NCBI GenBank assembly: GCA_001600815.1
Contig: BCKZ01000006.1
Coordinates: 1,150,137-1,172,039 of the forward strand
DNA length: 21,903 bases
Reading direction: 5' to 3'
Source: Alloascoidea hylecoeti
Lineage: Eukaryota
Shown here: positions 1 to 11,843 of the stretch, piece by piece
How the letters are laid out: each line of letters begins with the position of its first letter
Position numbering within the stretch: position 1 is the stretch's first letter
The notes under the pieces: generated by a model
Database searches by the model: none
Seen by the model: the letters and a program-made list of their open reading frames with translations, nothing else
Told to the model about the DNA's origin: nothing
Made by a program: the position numbers and the translations under genes

Positions 1-79
1 AAAATTCGGGGTGGCTTAAGATTTTGCTCGGAACGAATCCGATCGTAACCCTAGCACATGAAGGAGAAATTGAAGATAG

Positions 80-1186
80 TTAATGGATGCCAACACTAAA
101 TACTAAATTTGAAATGCCATTATAATACTCTAATAGAATCTCTAGTATCTACGGAACTATGCACTATTTTAGGAATAGTTTATGGCGAAGTATTCAGTGG
201 TTGGTTATAATATTGCCATCTTTATTTATTAGAGTGAAGGAGATGCATAAGGTTAATCTTGAATCAGCTCTATTCTTTCGTTTTGTTTTTAAGAATTTAT
301 ATATCTTTGAATATATGCATCTTTCTTTAGTATAAATAATATCATCATGGCCGCAAATGACTCTTGAACCATAATTTCTACCTTCTATGCGGATACTGAA
401 TTGAATATCAAGCTCTATTGTTGATCTTCGATTTCTGGACTTGATTACCAAACCCCAATACAATGACAATTGGAGAACAAAATATTATCATTATATAGAA
501 ACACCCCGTCTATCAATCTATCTTCATCGCCATCTTCCACCCACTATCTTCATCACCATCTAGATCTACTGGCATCATCAAACGTTTTATTGGTTCGAAA
601 TCTGGTAACTTCCAGATTATACATGAATGATCCGATCCAATGAACCAGATATCAAATATTTATCATTGACCTCCAAACAAACAACTTCATCTATATGAGT
701 TCTGATTTCCTGTTAATTTATAAATTCCAATATCTCCATGTCTGTTGAGTCACCTAAATCAATATATATCTCAATATCTGGGTCTCCTAATACTTTTAAA
801 CATTGATAAGTTTTACTGTCCCAGATCCTAATAGTAGAATCCTGTGAACCCGTTAAGGTCCAGCTTTTATAGAATTTGACACAATTTATTTCGTCTGAGT
901 GACCAGTTAATCGATTCTGTGAAAACTTTCCATTCTTCCAATTATTATCTAAACGGTATCGCTGTTTATATAATTCAAACCACGAATGGGGGTTGGGATC
1001 GTTATATTTCCATGCCTCTTTATGGAATTTGGATCTCCATATATTCTCGTTAGCTATCATATGCCTCCAAGATTTGGAGGCTCGTCCACAATTAAGTAAA
1101 GTTTTGAGACACAGATCTGAGAATACAGTAATGGCTAATTCATGAGGGAGAGTGGAGACATCACCAATTGTCCCCTCAAGATTTGG
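80..1186 (-). pseudogene. F-box/WD40-repeat protein (SCF substrate receptor of the beta-TrCP/Met30/Cdc4 class), pseudogene
   Basis: Extending ORF 713..1060 upstream in frame to a CTAAC...TACAG acceptor (exon start 1186) gives an F-box: LPHELAITVFSDLCLKTLLNCGRASKSWRHMIANENIWRSKF. A WD40 follows (LTGHSDEINCVKF...TLTGSQDSTIRIWD). Past the in-frame TAA at 713-715 the WD40 pattern continues (THIDEVVCLEVNDKYLISGSLD / SCIIWKL), with frameshifts at ~630 and ~540 and another TAA at 445-447. The low-coordinate end is approximate. Confidence 0.85.
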
Positions 1187-4100
1187 CTGTAAGGCAATAT
1201 AAAATTGTTAGATGGTTGTTCTGATGAAAAATATAAAATTAGAAGGGAGAAGAAAAGGAGGTTTTGGACTTCACTCCCTGTAGGCCTACAACACAACTCG
1301 GTGAATGTGATGAGTCTAGTGGAGTAAAGTTACTATATTTTTACACAAATTACTTGTTTGTGCGTAAACACTCAGTTGAATCTACGACCTAATAAACGAA
1401 TACGGAATGCCTAATTCTATCTAAATAACGAAACTCATTGAAGCAGAATAATGAAATATGTGACACCGTGATATAATAGTACGTATCATTTGTCTCCACG
1501 CAGCTACATTCTCAGATACATCGAATTGAAGGACGCAACACTGTCACGCACATGATTAACGAAATAGAGTCTTACTAGATCAACAATTATTAATTTCCTG
1601 TATGTCGGAAATATACAATAAAATGACGAAGTCTTTCCATCATGGCAAATTCAGGGTGAAAGCTCACTACATATTACATAAGATATAAATTGTTGATCTA
1701 AGATAAGGGTATAAAAAAGCTTATAATAAATAATAGTAATATAGGTAGTTATATACCATTATGTTTACATGTACCAATTATATATACGGTACTCTGTCTA
1801 ATGGTGCCTAATACTGCCTATGGTATCACTAATTGAAATAATTCACTATTACTTGCGTCATCTTAATTGAGTTTGTACTGTAGTCTTAATCAATGGGTAT
1901 ATAATTATAGTCGTATAGCGCAGGAACCTGACATTGGGTTATTGCTTACGTATGGTGCGCGTCACTGAAAATGAACGACTTTTAGGAAAATCAAAGAAAT
2001 TAAAACACACACATACCGATAATTTATAATTAGGTCAATATGTGAAAATAGCAATAACTCTTGCCTTATACAGATGAGTGCAGCTATATTCATGCTGCGA
2101 TATTTCTTCATATAGGAATATGTATAGTTGCATGCAGATTCCTGAGACCACCTTTTTTATCTGAAGGCAGGTATTATAAACATGCAGCATATCGCAAGAA
2201 GCATTAAACTATGATAAGCTTACATTTCATGATGATCCATATATTTTACAATTTGTTAACTGAGAATCAAATACAATAGTACTCCGTTCAAAGCTATAGC
2301 TAAACGATATCAGGTCTGAATATAACAATATCTTAATTACTTGAAAAAAAATCAACACCTTTATAACTTTATATCTTTCAAACATGTACATGATTTGATA
2401 ATTGATGTACCAAGTCTAATCGTGTAAATTTACAAATTCAAACGCAATGATATTTTGGACGAATGTATTTATGAAATTAAAGTTTCACTGTCAGTCGAAA
2501 TTTACACCTCTTCTAGAACAAATCCAATTAGGAAAACAAAAAAAAAAAAAGATAACAGTTAGCGTTACAGATCTGAATACTTCAAGTATTAATATAGATT
2601 TCAAATATAATACGAATTGAAACTTGAAGATCTAACTACCTTATAGATCTGCAACGTAGCTGATCATGATACTACAAATATTGATTTAAATATATATCTT
2701 TCTACCCTAGGTTTAAATTCATTGGTCTGATGTTGGTATTAATTTATATATAAAGTTGCATATCAAAAGGGTCAGGTTATTGTTATATAAACGTATATAA
2801 CGTATATAACGTAACAGCATCGATACTATCACTTACATAATTAAGTTTTACGTGTTCACACTTCATTATAGTAACTATTCATATATCGGTATCGATAAGC
2901 CCTTATAACTTCTATGTTATAAGCCACAGATTTTTAAGGTATAATTTTATAATAGGCTCAAAAGTTTAATAACAAATTTAAAAATATGTAATTCTCATAT
3001 GCCATATAATTTTATAGGAGGCAAGGTATTTAAAAAATCATATTTACTCGTACTCCCTTATATAAATAACTACTAGATGTATACACTTATAACTTGTATT
3101 TCTATCTTCGAATTAGCACAACTGCATTGGATCTTAGTAGGTATTCAATGCTTAATTATGTTAAAGCGGTATGTTATAGCTAGATCTTTTTATAAACAAG
3201 TAACCGTTTGGATGCGGTCGTACATTGCTATTTATGTTAAAAGTGTCAGTGTCAATAATGATAATTAAAAAGATTAATCACTACTACATTTTGTAATTGT
3301 AAATAGAACGTGTAGAAATCATATGATTAATTATGATAACTATAGATCTAATTTTTGTTCATAATAATAACATAAGTAATTCTAACAATTACTTTGATTA
3401 AAATTTGATCAAAATAGGAAATATTTGCGAACTTAAGATTGTATAATATTATGTCATGTAGATGAATATGTGTAATTACTACCTATTTCATTTTTCACTT
3501 CTCTAATTTGATATTCTTTGAATTTTCCACTATTTTGTAAAAAATATATAGCCTATAAGGTATGCAGATTTTCACTATTAACAGAATGTAATTATTAATA
3601 TTTTTTTAAAAAGAAACATGTAAACTTTATAAATTGTCAATTAAAAATAGAAATTTAATTAAAGAATTCTAATTGAGATTAAAAGCCGGGTTGAATTTCT
3701 TGATATGATAAAAAGATCTACTGGTATTATGGTGGGGAATCAGAATGTAATTACCAATTGATAATAAGCTTAAGCTAAGGCCTGGGATTCAACTTTCATC
3801 GTTTTCAGGTGCAATTAACCTTTAACTTTGGCTAATTTTTTTTTTAATTTCAAATAAATCTTGAAAACGGTCATAATGTTTGAAATTTGAATTCATTTTA
3901 TATCTATATACCAATAGATATATCTGATAATTCTGATCATATATAAACTTATTATAAAGGGATTTTTTATGATTAGTACTATTTAATATATATAGTTAAG
4001 ATAGATATTATAAATTTTTATTAATTGCAGTTGGAATTAGCTTTAATTTCCCTTACTATATATTATAATTCATATCTAAATCTTTAAATTTCTTCTTACA

Positions 4101-4847
4101 TAATTCAATAAAACTGCAATAATAATTGAGATTTTATAGTTGTAAAAGCTTTATACATTTTAACTCTTATTCCAATATATAATTATCTGTACGAGCGGAA
4201 CAAAATGATATTCCAGGATCCATATATAATATTTATAGCTATAAAACGGCACGCAGAATATTCTGAAATCTTAAGCTGATTATAATATTAAATCAAAAAT
4301 ACAGGAATATACTCACGTATAAACACATACACGCTCAGTTTCAACTCTTTAAACTGATTAAAAAAGCATATGACTACATAAATTATCGTAAAGATGACCT
4401 TTTTGGAACTTTTGGACACCTGCGTCTTAATATGATATATAATTCGGGTTGATTGAAACAATTATTCGGTCCAGATTATATCGGCATTTATTTATTTATT
4501 TTCTTGTTTTACTATTTGATGAATATTAATATTGACCATTCTTATGGTTGTAAGTTGTAACTCACATGTAACTTATATATTTTCGATGAAGTTACTCCTC
4601 AATCGAGTTAATTATTAATAATTACCCGAATGGTAGATAGATTAACTCCTTTTAAATAAATAAAAAAGCACTGTTGTCCACTTTCTGATTTCTTCCAGTT
4701 CTATGGTTACTTTTTAAACATTCTCTTTATATATATATTCTTCTATTGCAATTAGCATTTAAAAGACGTTTTTTTGGATCTGTATATCCATAGCAAGAAG
4801 AACCCTGGAACATCTATATTATACCTTACTTTTGACATTTGTTAACT

Positions 4848-7392
4848 ATGACTACTCCAAACTATAGTGATCCAAGATATCTTCCTTTAGGCAGGTCATT
4901 CAATGGTGTTTCAGGCTCTGGTTCTGACTCACAATCATCGTCAACTGTCGCTGTCCTTCAGCAACAAGCAAGTGCCTTGCTCCCAGATATCGCCCCACAT
5001 TATAACCGAAACTGTGCACCTACACAGACTACTATGTTCCATGGTGGTTCCCGTCCCCATTTCAAGGGGATAAATGATCATGACATCCATGGAAATACAA
5101 ACTCTTTCGGGAATTCTGTTCAACCAGAAATAAAAAAATCTAACGATACATTGAGGGACACAATTATGACTCCTTCAGATCAGTTATTATATGAGCTTGA
5201 AATAGGTTTACAGCCTTGTCGTGCAAGAGCAACAAATGTGACTAAATGTGAGTAATTGAATTTGGAATACATCTGCAGTTATGCATGATCATCTAACCGA
5301 CCTTTTTATTCTTTTCCTTTTAATTTCATTTTAAATAGTAACAGGACGAAGAGTTGTTGATCCACCTCCAGTAGTTACTTTAAAATTGCACAGAAAGAAT
5401 CCAGATGGTTCAAAAGGGGAGAATATGTTAGTATTAAACTACTTAATTTGATTTAAACAATCTTAACTTAATACATCATGAATATTCATAAAATTATATC
5501 TAACATTCTCAATTAATCATTACCATTTCAACAGTGTTAATAGAGCATTAGGAACATTTTTTGTCGTTGTTTCTGTTATTCCTCTTGAATTAGTCCCAGA
5601 ACCAGATGTTGTTATTAAACCATCAATAAAAAGTAATAATAAAAAAAATTCAAATTCTTCATCAGTTCCAAAAAAAAAAAAAGAAATTGAAAATTTAGAA
5701 TTAAAAAAAAATCCAAAAGAAATTATATTTGGTACAACAGCATCATCATCAATTTTAGTTTGGAAAGCTGATCATAGAGCATTTTTTATATTTACTGATA
5801 TTTCAATAAAAGCAGAGGGAACTTATAAATTAAAATTTACTTTATATGAATTTTTACCAATTGTTACTGATTTAGATATTTATGAATCAAATAGTACAAA
5901 GTTAAAAATTCATAATCCTGAATTAGTTAATTTAATGCCTAGAGTTATTAAAAGAAAATCAATTTTATCTGAAGAATTTAGAGCTTATAGTCCTAAAGAC
6001 TTCCCTGGTTTACAATCATCTCCTCAACTAATTAGAGATATTGCTCGTCTTGGTGCAAAGGTGAGAATTAGAAATGCTGATACTCAAAAAAGACCGCTGA
6101 AGAACCCAGAGGAAAATCAATTACAACGGAAAAGATTGAAAATAAACCCTTCTATATCTATTCCTTCGAATTCTTTGAATGGTATTACTAGTAGATTGGC
6201 ACAACTTACTGGTATTCCATATAATACTATCAACAATAATTCTCCTACTCCAAGGTTCAATCCAAATATGGCTTATTATGCAAATAGTATGAGTAGTATG
6301 AATAATATGAATAATATGACTGGATTTGGTGGTTCAAATATACTTGCAAGTTTGAACAGATCTCAAACTTTCCCGATTAGAAGTAACAATTATAGCATAA
6401 AGCCTAAACAAAATACAAATATTAATCCTGAAAAGTACTTTGATGAACAAACACCTATTTTACCTTCTGTGCCATATGCCAATTCATCAACTCCTTCAAA
6501 TCCAACGTATCATACACTTCCTTATATCCCCTCACAATATGAAGCAGATAATGACCTACATCCAATAAGTAATTCAGCTAATCAAGATATTATTGATTTT
6601 TCTTTAATTAACAGTTGTTATTGGCCTGATTCAAGATATTATTTGAATGATAATTCAAGAACGTCAAATTCATCTCTTGGATTGAGAGGTATATCATCTC
6701 CTTTTGGTGTCAATGCTAATCAGTTGCAATTACAAACGAATTATCAAGCAAGTAGTCCAAGTCTCGCATCAACTGCTGTTTTACCAAATATAGCAGACGT
6801 ATCAGGGCCAGCAACATATGCTTTTAATTCTAAAGATGGAAGTGTTAGTTCAACAACGAGTGGAACCTCAAGTACATTTCCTTCAAACTCAGCTTCACCT
6901 GAGGTACCAAAAACAGATATTAAGGGTTTTTATGAAGCACAACTTCAAGGAGCAAGTTTGAGCGGATCTTCTTCAAGTATTAGTTCTATAGCTTCGAATT
7001 CCCTTACATCGATTTCAAATGCATCATTGCAATTGGGTTTAGGATCAAACCTAATTGCGACGAATATGCAATCCTTAGGTTCTGTTCCGATTTTAGCATC
7101 CATTCCAACTACGGCAACTGGAGGGAATCCATTAGGGCTTAATAAAGCAAATACAACTACAGCTTTCATAGAGGGTGAGGAGGAAGAAGAAGATGATAAT
7201 ATTGATCAGGAAGAGGGTGATAAGGAAAAAATTCAATTGATTGGATGTGACAATAGTGAAATAACCGTGGATGCAGGAGTAAATGAAGAGGAAAATAAAC
7301 AAACAAGGGAAGATGAAGGTGATGAAGAACTTGATGAGGTGGTTTTGCCATGTAATATTAGTGCTACTTATGGTGGATTTGCGGCTTATTAG
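4848..7392 (+). CDS. Velvet-domain transcription regulator (VeA/VosA/VelB family), 3 exons: 4848-5247, 5339-5426, 5535-7392; 781 aa
   Basis: The spliced frame is continuous (400+88+1858 = 2346 nt). Velvet motifs occur in order: YELEIGLQPCRARA, RRVVDPPPVVTLKL, IFGTTASS, FFIFTDISIKAEGTYKLKFTLYE, SEEFRAYSPKDFPGLQSSPQLIRDIARLGAKVRIR. A long N/S/P-rich tail and an acidic C-terminus follow. Confidence 0.92.
5248..5338 (+). other. Intron 1 of velvet gene (91 nt)
   Basis: GTGAGT donor at 5248, TCTAAC branch point at ~5292, pyrimidine tract, TAG acceptor at 5336-5338; restores the frame between two velvet motifs. Confidence 0.85.
5427..5534 (+). other. Intron 2 of velvet gene (108 nt)
   Basis: GTTAGT donor at 5427, TCTAAC branch point at ~5499, CAG acceptor at 5532-5534; joins in frame with the 5935..7392 ORF. 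Confidence 0.85.
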
Positions 7393-7949
7393 TATCTTTT
7401 ATTATTTCTTTTGATAGTATAATTATTTGTATTTGTGTGTGTATTTCGTTTGTTTGATAAATTTGTTTGTTTATCTGTAAATTTACAATTGTTTACGTCA
7501 TCATAAAATTTTTAAAAGTTCCAGAAATTTTGAGAAAATGAAAAATCAACAACCAAATTGAAACATAACATGGAAAAACTGAAAGATTCGATTGGATTGG
7601 AAAACATCTGGAGTTGTCAATAAAAATTTAAGATAGATACCGTGATGTATTTAAAATTTACATTTATATTATCAGCCACCTCGTGTTCAGATATGTGTCT
7701 TTTATATACTTGTTTAACATAAAAAAGGTGTTTGTGGTTGTGTCACCTTGTGATACCAATGGGCCACCGGCCGATACATAAATGAAAAATATTAAACACA
7801 GGCCTGGAATGATATGGTGGCATATTTAAACCATTGATTCTGCTCTTTTTTTTTTATTAAATTCTGTACTCAACTTCAAAAAGAAGTCCCCTTTGATTAG
7901 ACTCCTCAACCCTATTGGAAATTATAATCTACAAATCATATACAAAAAA

Positions 7950-9543
7950 ATGTCTTCAAAACTTCACTGGTTATCCGAAATCCAAATCCAGGATCTCCCA
8001 ATGCATAAGCTAAGAAGAACTTCCATCATCGGCACAATCGGTAAGTTTTGAACCTTGATATTACTTGATCCAACCTTAAAATACTAATGCAAATATGTTT
8101 TGATAATCAATAGGCCCAAAGACCAATAGCGTTGATATGCTGGTTAAATTAAGAAAGGCAGGACTAAATATCGTTAGAATGAACTTCTCTCATGGTTCTT
8201 ACGAATATCATCAAACTGTTGTTGACAATGCTCGTAAATCTGAAGAAGTTTACCGTGGTCGTCCTTTAGCTATTGCTTTAGATACAAAGGGACCTGAAAT
8301 TAGAACAGGTACAACAATTGGTGATGTGGATTATCCAATCGAAGCTGGTCATGAAATGATATTTTCTACTGATGAAGCCTATGCCAAAGCCTGTGATGAT
8401 AAAGTCATGTTTGTCGATTATGCTAATATTAGTAAAGTTATTGATATTGGTAAATTGATCTATGTTGATGATGGTGTTTTATCATTTGAAGTTTTAGAAA
8501 AGGTAGATGATAAGACTTTAAAAGTTAAATCTGTTAATGCAGGTAAAATCTCATCACATAAAGGTGTTAATCTTCCAAATACTGATATTGATTTACCTGC
8601 ATTATCTGAAAAGGATAAAGCTGATTTAAGATTTGGTGTTAAAAATGGTGTTAATATGGTTTTTGCTTCATTTATAAGAACTGCAAATGATGTTAAAGAA
8701 ATTAGAAAAGTTTTAGGTGAAGATGGTAAAGAAATTCAAATCATTTGTAAAATTGAAAATCAACAAGGTGTTAATAATTTTGATGATATTTTAAAAGAAA
8801 CTGATGGTGTTATGGTTGCAAGAGGTGATTTAGGCATTGAAATTCCTGCTTATGAAGTATTTGTTGTTCAAAAACAATTAATTGCTAAATGTAATTTAGC
8901 TGGTAAACCAGTTATTTGCGCAACTCAAATGTTGGAATCAATGACTTATAATCCAAGACCAACAAGAGCTGAAGTTTCTGATGTTGGTAATGCTGTTTTA
9001 GATGGTGCTGATTGTGTTATGTTATCAGGTGAGACTGCCAAAGGTAATTATCCACTTGAAGCTGTTTCAATGATGGATCAAACTTGTGTTATGGCTGAAT
9101 TGGCTGTTGCTTATGGTTCTTCTTTTAATGAAATGAGATCTTTGATTACTGGTACAACTGAAACTGTTGAAACAATTGCCACATCAACTGTATCTGCTTC
9201 ATTTGAACAAAAGGCTAAAGCTATTATTGTTTTATCTACCTCAGGTACAACTGCTCGTTATTTATCTAAATATAGACCAAATTGTCCAATTTTAATGGTT
9301 ACAAGAAATGCAAAAGCTGCTCGGTATTGTCATTTATATCGTGGTGTTTACCCATTTATATATGATAAACCACCTGTAGATATTTCAATCTGGCAACAAG
9401 ATGTTGAAGAAAGATTAAAGTATGCTATTGATGAAGCTGAAAAGATAGGTATCTTATCTAGTGGTGATGTTGTTATTGCTGTTCAAGGTTGGACTAAGGG
9501 ATTGGGTCATACCAATACTATTAGAATCTTAGAAGCTTTTTAA
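7950..9543 (+). CDS. CDC19: Pyruvate kinase, 2 exons: 7950-8040 and 8114-9543; 506 aa
   Basis: Exon 1 [31 protein letters not shown] splices to [27 protein letters not shown]. Diagnostic motifs: [51 protein letters not shown], and the FBP-binding loop [10 protein letters not shown]-rich context before the ATG. Confidence 0.98.
8041..8113 (+). other. Intron of pyruvate kinase gene (73 nt)
   Basis: GTAAGT donor, TACTAAT branch point at ~8082, TAG acceptor at 8111-8113; reconstitutes the conserved IGTIGPKT motif. Confidence 0.95.
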
Positions 9544-9922
9544 GTTGATTTTAAAAATATAAAAAGAGAAGCTTAAGAGTTAACCTTAATTGGGCCAGGA
9601 GTCTATGTCACATGATAGTTATGAGTTGAATTCAACATATTTATATGTATACTTAATTGCATGTATAATCATATTCAATATACCGTTTTACCCTCTAGCT
9701 ATAATGATCTCTAACAGAGCTCATCCTAGGCCTTATAATCTAATAGCAATATCCATAATCATTGGAGTATCGTATCCTATATCTATTAACCTACAAGCTT
9801 AGTTATAAGACTTCACAAATTAGAGAAACAATAAAACAAATCAGATTAATTAATAATTTTTATAGTACTTGTACTTCTATATTAGTTTTCTTCTACCAGC
9901 GCTAGCTAACTATACATCGAAA

Positions 9923-11203
9923 CTAAAAAATAAAACTACCGGGGCATTTTTTGGCTCCAGGAACTACACTTCTCCCTGAAGGAATAACCTCAATTTCGGA
10001 CTCGGTTAGAATTGCTGAAGAATTTGATTGGGCAATTGAAATCTCTAGACTGTCCATATCATAAACAACATAGGCTGATCTTAGAAAGGAATCACCTAGT
10101 ATAGTTATAGAACCGCTTAAAGAATTTGACTGAAGTCCAAAATAGCATCCAGATTTATCAGTATCAGCCCACGATTCTGGTGGTATGAGCTCCGAAAGTT
10201 TGACTTTGATAGTTGCGCATCCGAGGGTATATTCGATAATTCTTTGATCGTTTTGGAAAGTAGAGCAGTCTACCATGATATACTGTCCTTGAGTGTAGTT
10301 TAATCCAATAGATTTCAATATTGGCAACAAAGAGGCATCTGACAGATAAGTAAGAGAACTACCACTATCCAAAACAGCGGGTTGTTTATACGGAACGGTT
10401 TTCCCTTCAAAAGTCAAGCTGTCTAAGTAGGCACCCAAAACAGGAAATGTAACCAACGGGAGCGAATATAAATCTCCAATATATAAGTTACTATCAACTC
10501 CACCAAAGATAAGACTTCCTGAGTTGGAATTAGAACCATTCAAAAACATAGAAAAAGCAGAAGATTGTGTAATTCCAGAGTCAACTAAAGAATGTGGATA
10601 ATTACGATAACCAAAATATTCTTGACTTCCTTGCCCAGCCAAAATACCATCAAGCCCAAGACCTAAAATCCCATGTGAAACACCAGTGTTCTGTTTTGAT
10701 AATCCAAGGGTAAAACCTTTAACTGTATGTCCACCAATAGTTACATCATCTTTGAACCACTCGCCTACTGCGCTACTCTGATCTGCATACTTTGTTCTAA
10801 ATGAATCTGAAATGTGTTTATAAGTACTAGATTTCGATGCGTTATAAACACCATAAAGATATATATTTGGATCATCACCAATAACCTCAGGTTTAGAGGT
10901 AACCCATAAATCTGAAGAGCCAGTATCGATACTAACTGTAACTTTTTGAGGAGGATTTCCAACTTCAATGTCAATACCATACCAAAAATGTTGGTCATAG
11001 GGAGTGAGATTTCCATCAACATCTCCCGAATCCGAAGAAGCTGGTTTTAAATCATCTATTGGTGTAGCCACAACTCTTGATCTAACTTCGCGTCTAAATT
11101 CAAGCTGATTTACACCTGGAACATTGTTCACTTCTGCAAAAATAGTTGGAATCAATCCCAAGTATGCAATTGATAATAATTGGAAACTAAATTGATGTTT
11201 CAT
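9923..11203 (-). CDS. Secreted aspartic protease, peptidase A1 family (yapsin/SAP-like), 426 aa
   Basis: Hydrophobic signal peptide, pro-region with an RR dibasic site, two catalytic motifs IDTGSSDLWV and LDSGSSLTYL, flap Tyr (KYADQSSA), GILGLG, GSLIFGGVD, ILGDSFLRSAYVVYD. Confidence 0.96.
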   Translation of the reverse strand: MKHQFSFQLLSIAYLGLIPTIFAEVNNVPGVNQLEFRREVRSRVVATPIDDLKPASSDSGDVDGNLTPYDQHFWYGIDIEVGNPPQKVTVSIDTGSSDLWVTSKPEVIGDDPNIYLYGVYNASKSSTYKHISDSFRTKYADQSSAVGEWFKDDVTIGGHTVKGFTLGLSKQNTGVSHGILGLGLDGILAGQGSQEYFGYRNYPHSLVDSGITQSSAFSMFLNGSNSNSGSLIFGGVDSNLYIGDLYSLPLVTFPVLGAYLDSLTFEGKTVPYKQPAVLDSGSSLTYLSDASLLPILKSIGLNYTQGQYIMVDCSTFQNDQRIIEYTLGCATIKVKLSELIPPESWADTDKSGCYFGLQSNSLSGSITILGDSFLRSAYVVYDMDSLEISIAQSNSSAILTESEIEVIPSGRSVVPGAKKCPGSFIF

Positions 11204-11250
11204 CTTAATTGTTAAAATCCCAAGGATTTGAAAAGAGAAAAAGAATGGTT

Positions 11251-11258
11251 TTTATATA
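11251..11258 (-). promoter_or_regulatory. Candidate TATA box of the aspartic protease gene
   Basis: TATATAAA on the minus strand about 50 nt upstream of the ATG at 11203, followed by a pyrimidine-rich stretch. The AT-rich background limits confidence. Confidence 0.4.
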
Positions 11259-11812
11259 ATATTAAGGCCGCAAGTAATTGCAAAAGTCAGATAAAGTGAT
11301 ATGATCCTATCTCGAGGCGAATCCCCAACGTAGATGTATTTTAACTTTATATAAATACTACATTTATGTTGTTGTATGCACATTTTGAATCCCCATTTTA
11401 GTAACAATAAAAACTGTAATAAATAGAGTTATCTTTTTAAGCTTCAATGAATGAATAATTACCAAACGTCTTTATAACTAAATAGTTTGTATTGCTACTA
11501 ATTAACTATAACATTAATCGAAATTTATCAAAGTTTATTATAACGAATCAAGTTATCTGAATCAGTAAATAAGATAAAATGGTTGAGACTAGTAACAACA
11601 ATAGAACTACTGCTCATAGCTACCCAATTTGAGGATTTAAGATCTGAATTTGATGAGTTCAAAACTGACATCAAATCAGATGTTAAAAGAATTGAAGATA
11701 AGTTTAATGACCTATCTAATAAGTTCGATAAACCTATGGAGATGTTTCTAACCCAATAAGTTCCACTAACAAGTGAACAAAAACACATAATTTCCTCATT
11801 TATCCCAAACTA

Positions 11813-11839
11813 ACACACACACACACGCACACACACGCA
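11813..11839. repeat. Imperfect (CA)n microsatellite
   Basis: acacacacacacacgcacacacacgca read directly from the sequence. Confidence 0.9.
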
Positions 11840-11843
11840 TGGG

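Noticed and set aside
1064..1290. Small palindromes CCTCCAA-gat-TTGGAGG and TGTAGGCCTACA
   Set aside because: Short enough to arise by chance in 22 kb; the first lies inside F-box coding sequence.
2785..2815. Short AACGTATAT tandem repeat (about 2.5 copies)
   Set aside because: Consistent with ordinary slippage; no supporting context.
3077..3268. Short ORFs 3077..3268, 9590..9802, 10765..11022, 12429..12644, 16321..16524, 16569..16757 and 17387..17593
   Set aside because: Short, often non-ATG starts, composition typical of AT-rich non-coding DNA or alternate frames; no recognisable motifs.
4839..5255. 138-aa ORF as a separate gene
   Set aside because: It is exon 1 of the velvet gene; the stop lies inside intron 1.
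6945..7351. Antisense ORFs 6945..7169 and 7166..7351 (also 4941..5123)
   Set aside because: Shadow frames of the velvet CDS with no motifs.
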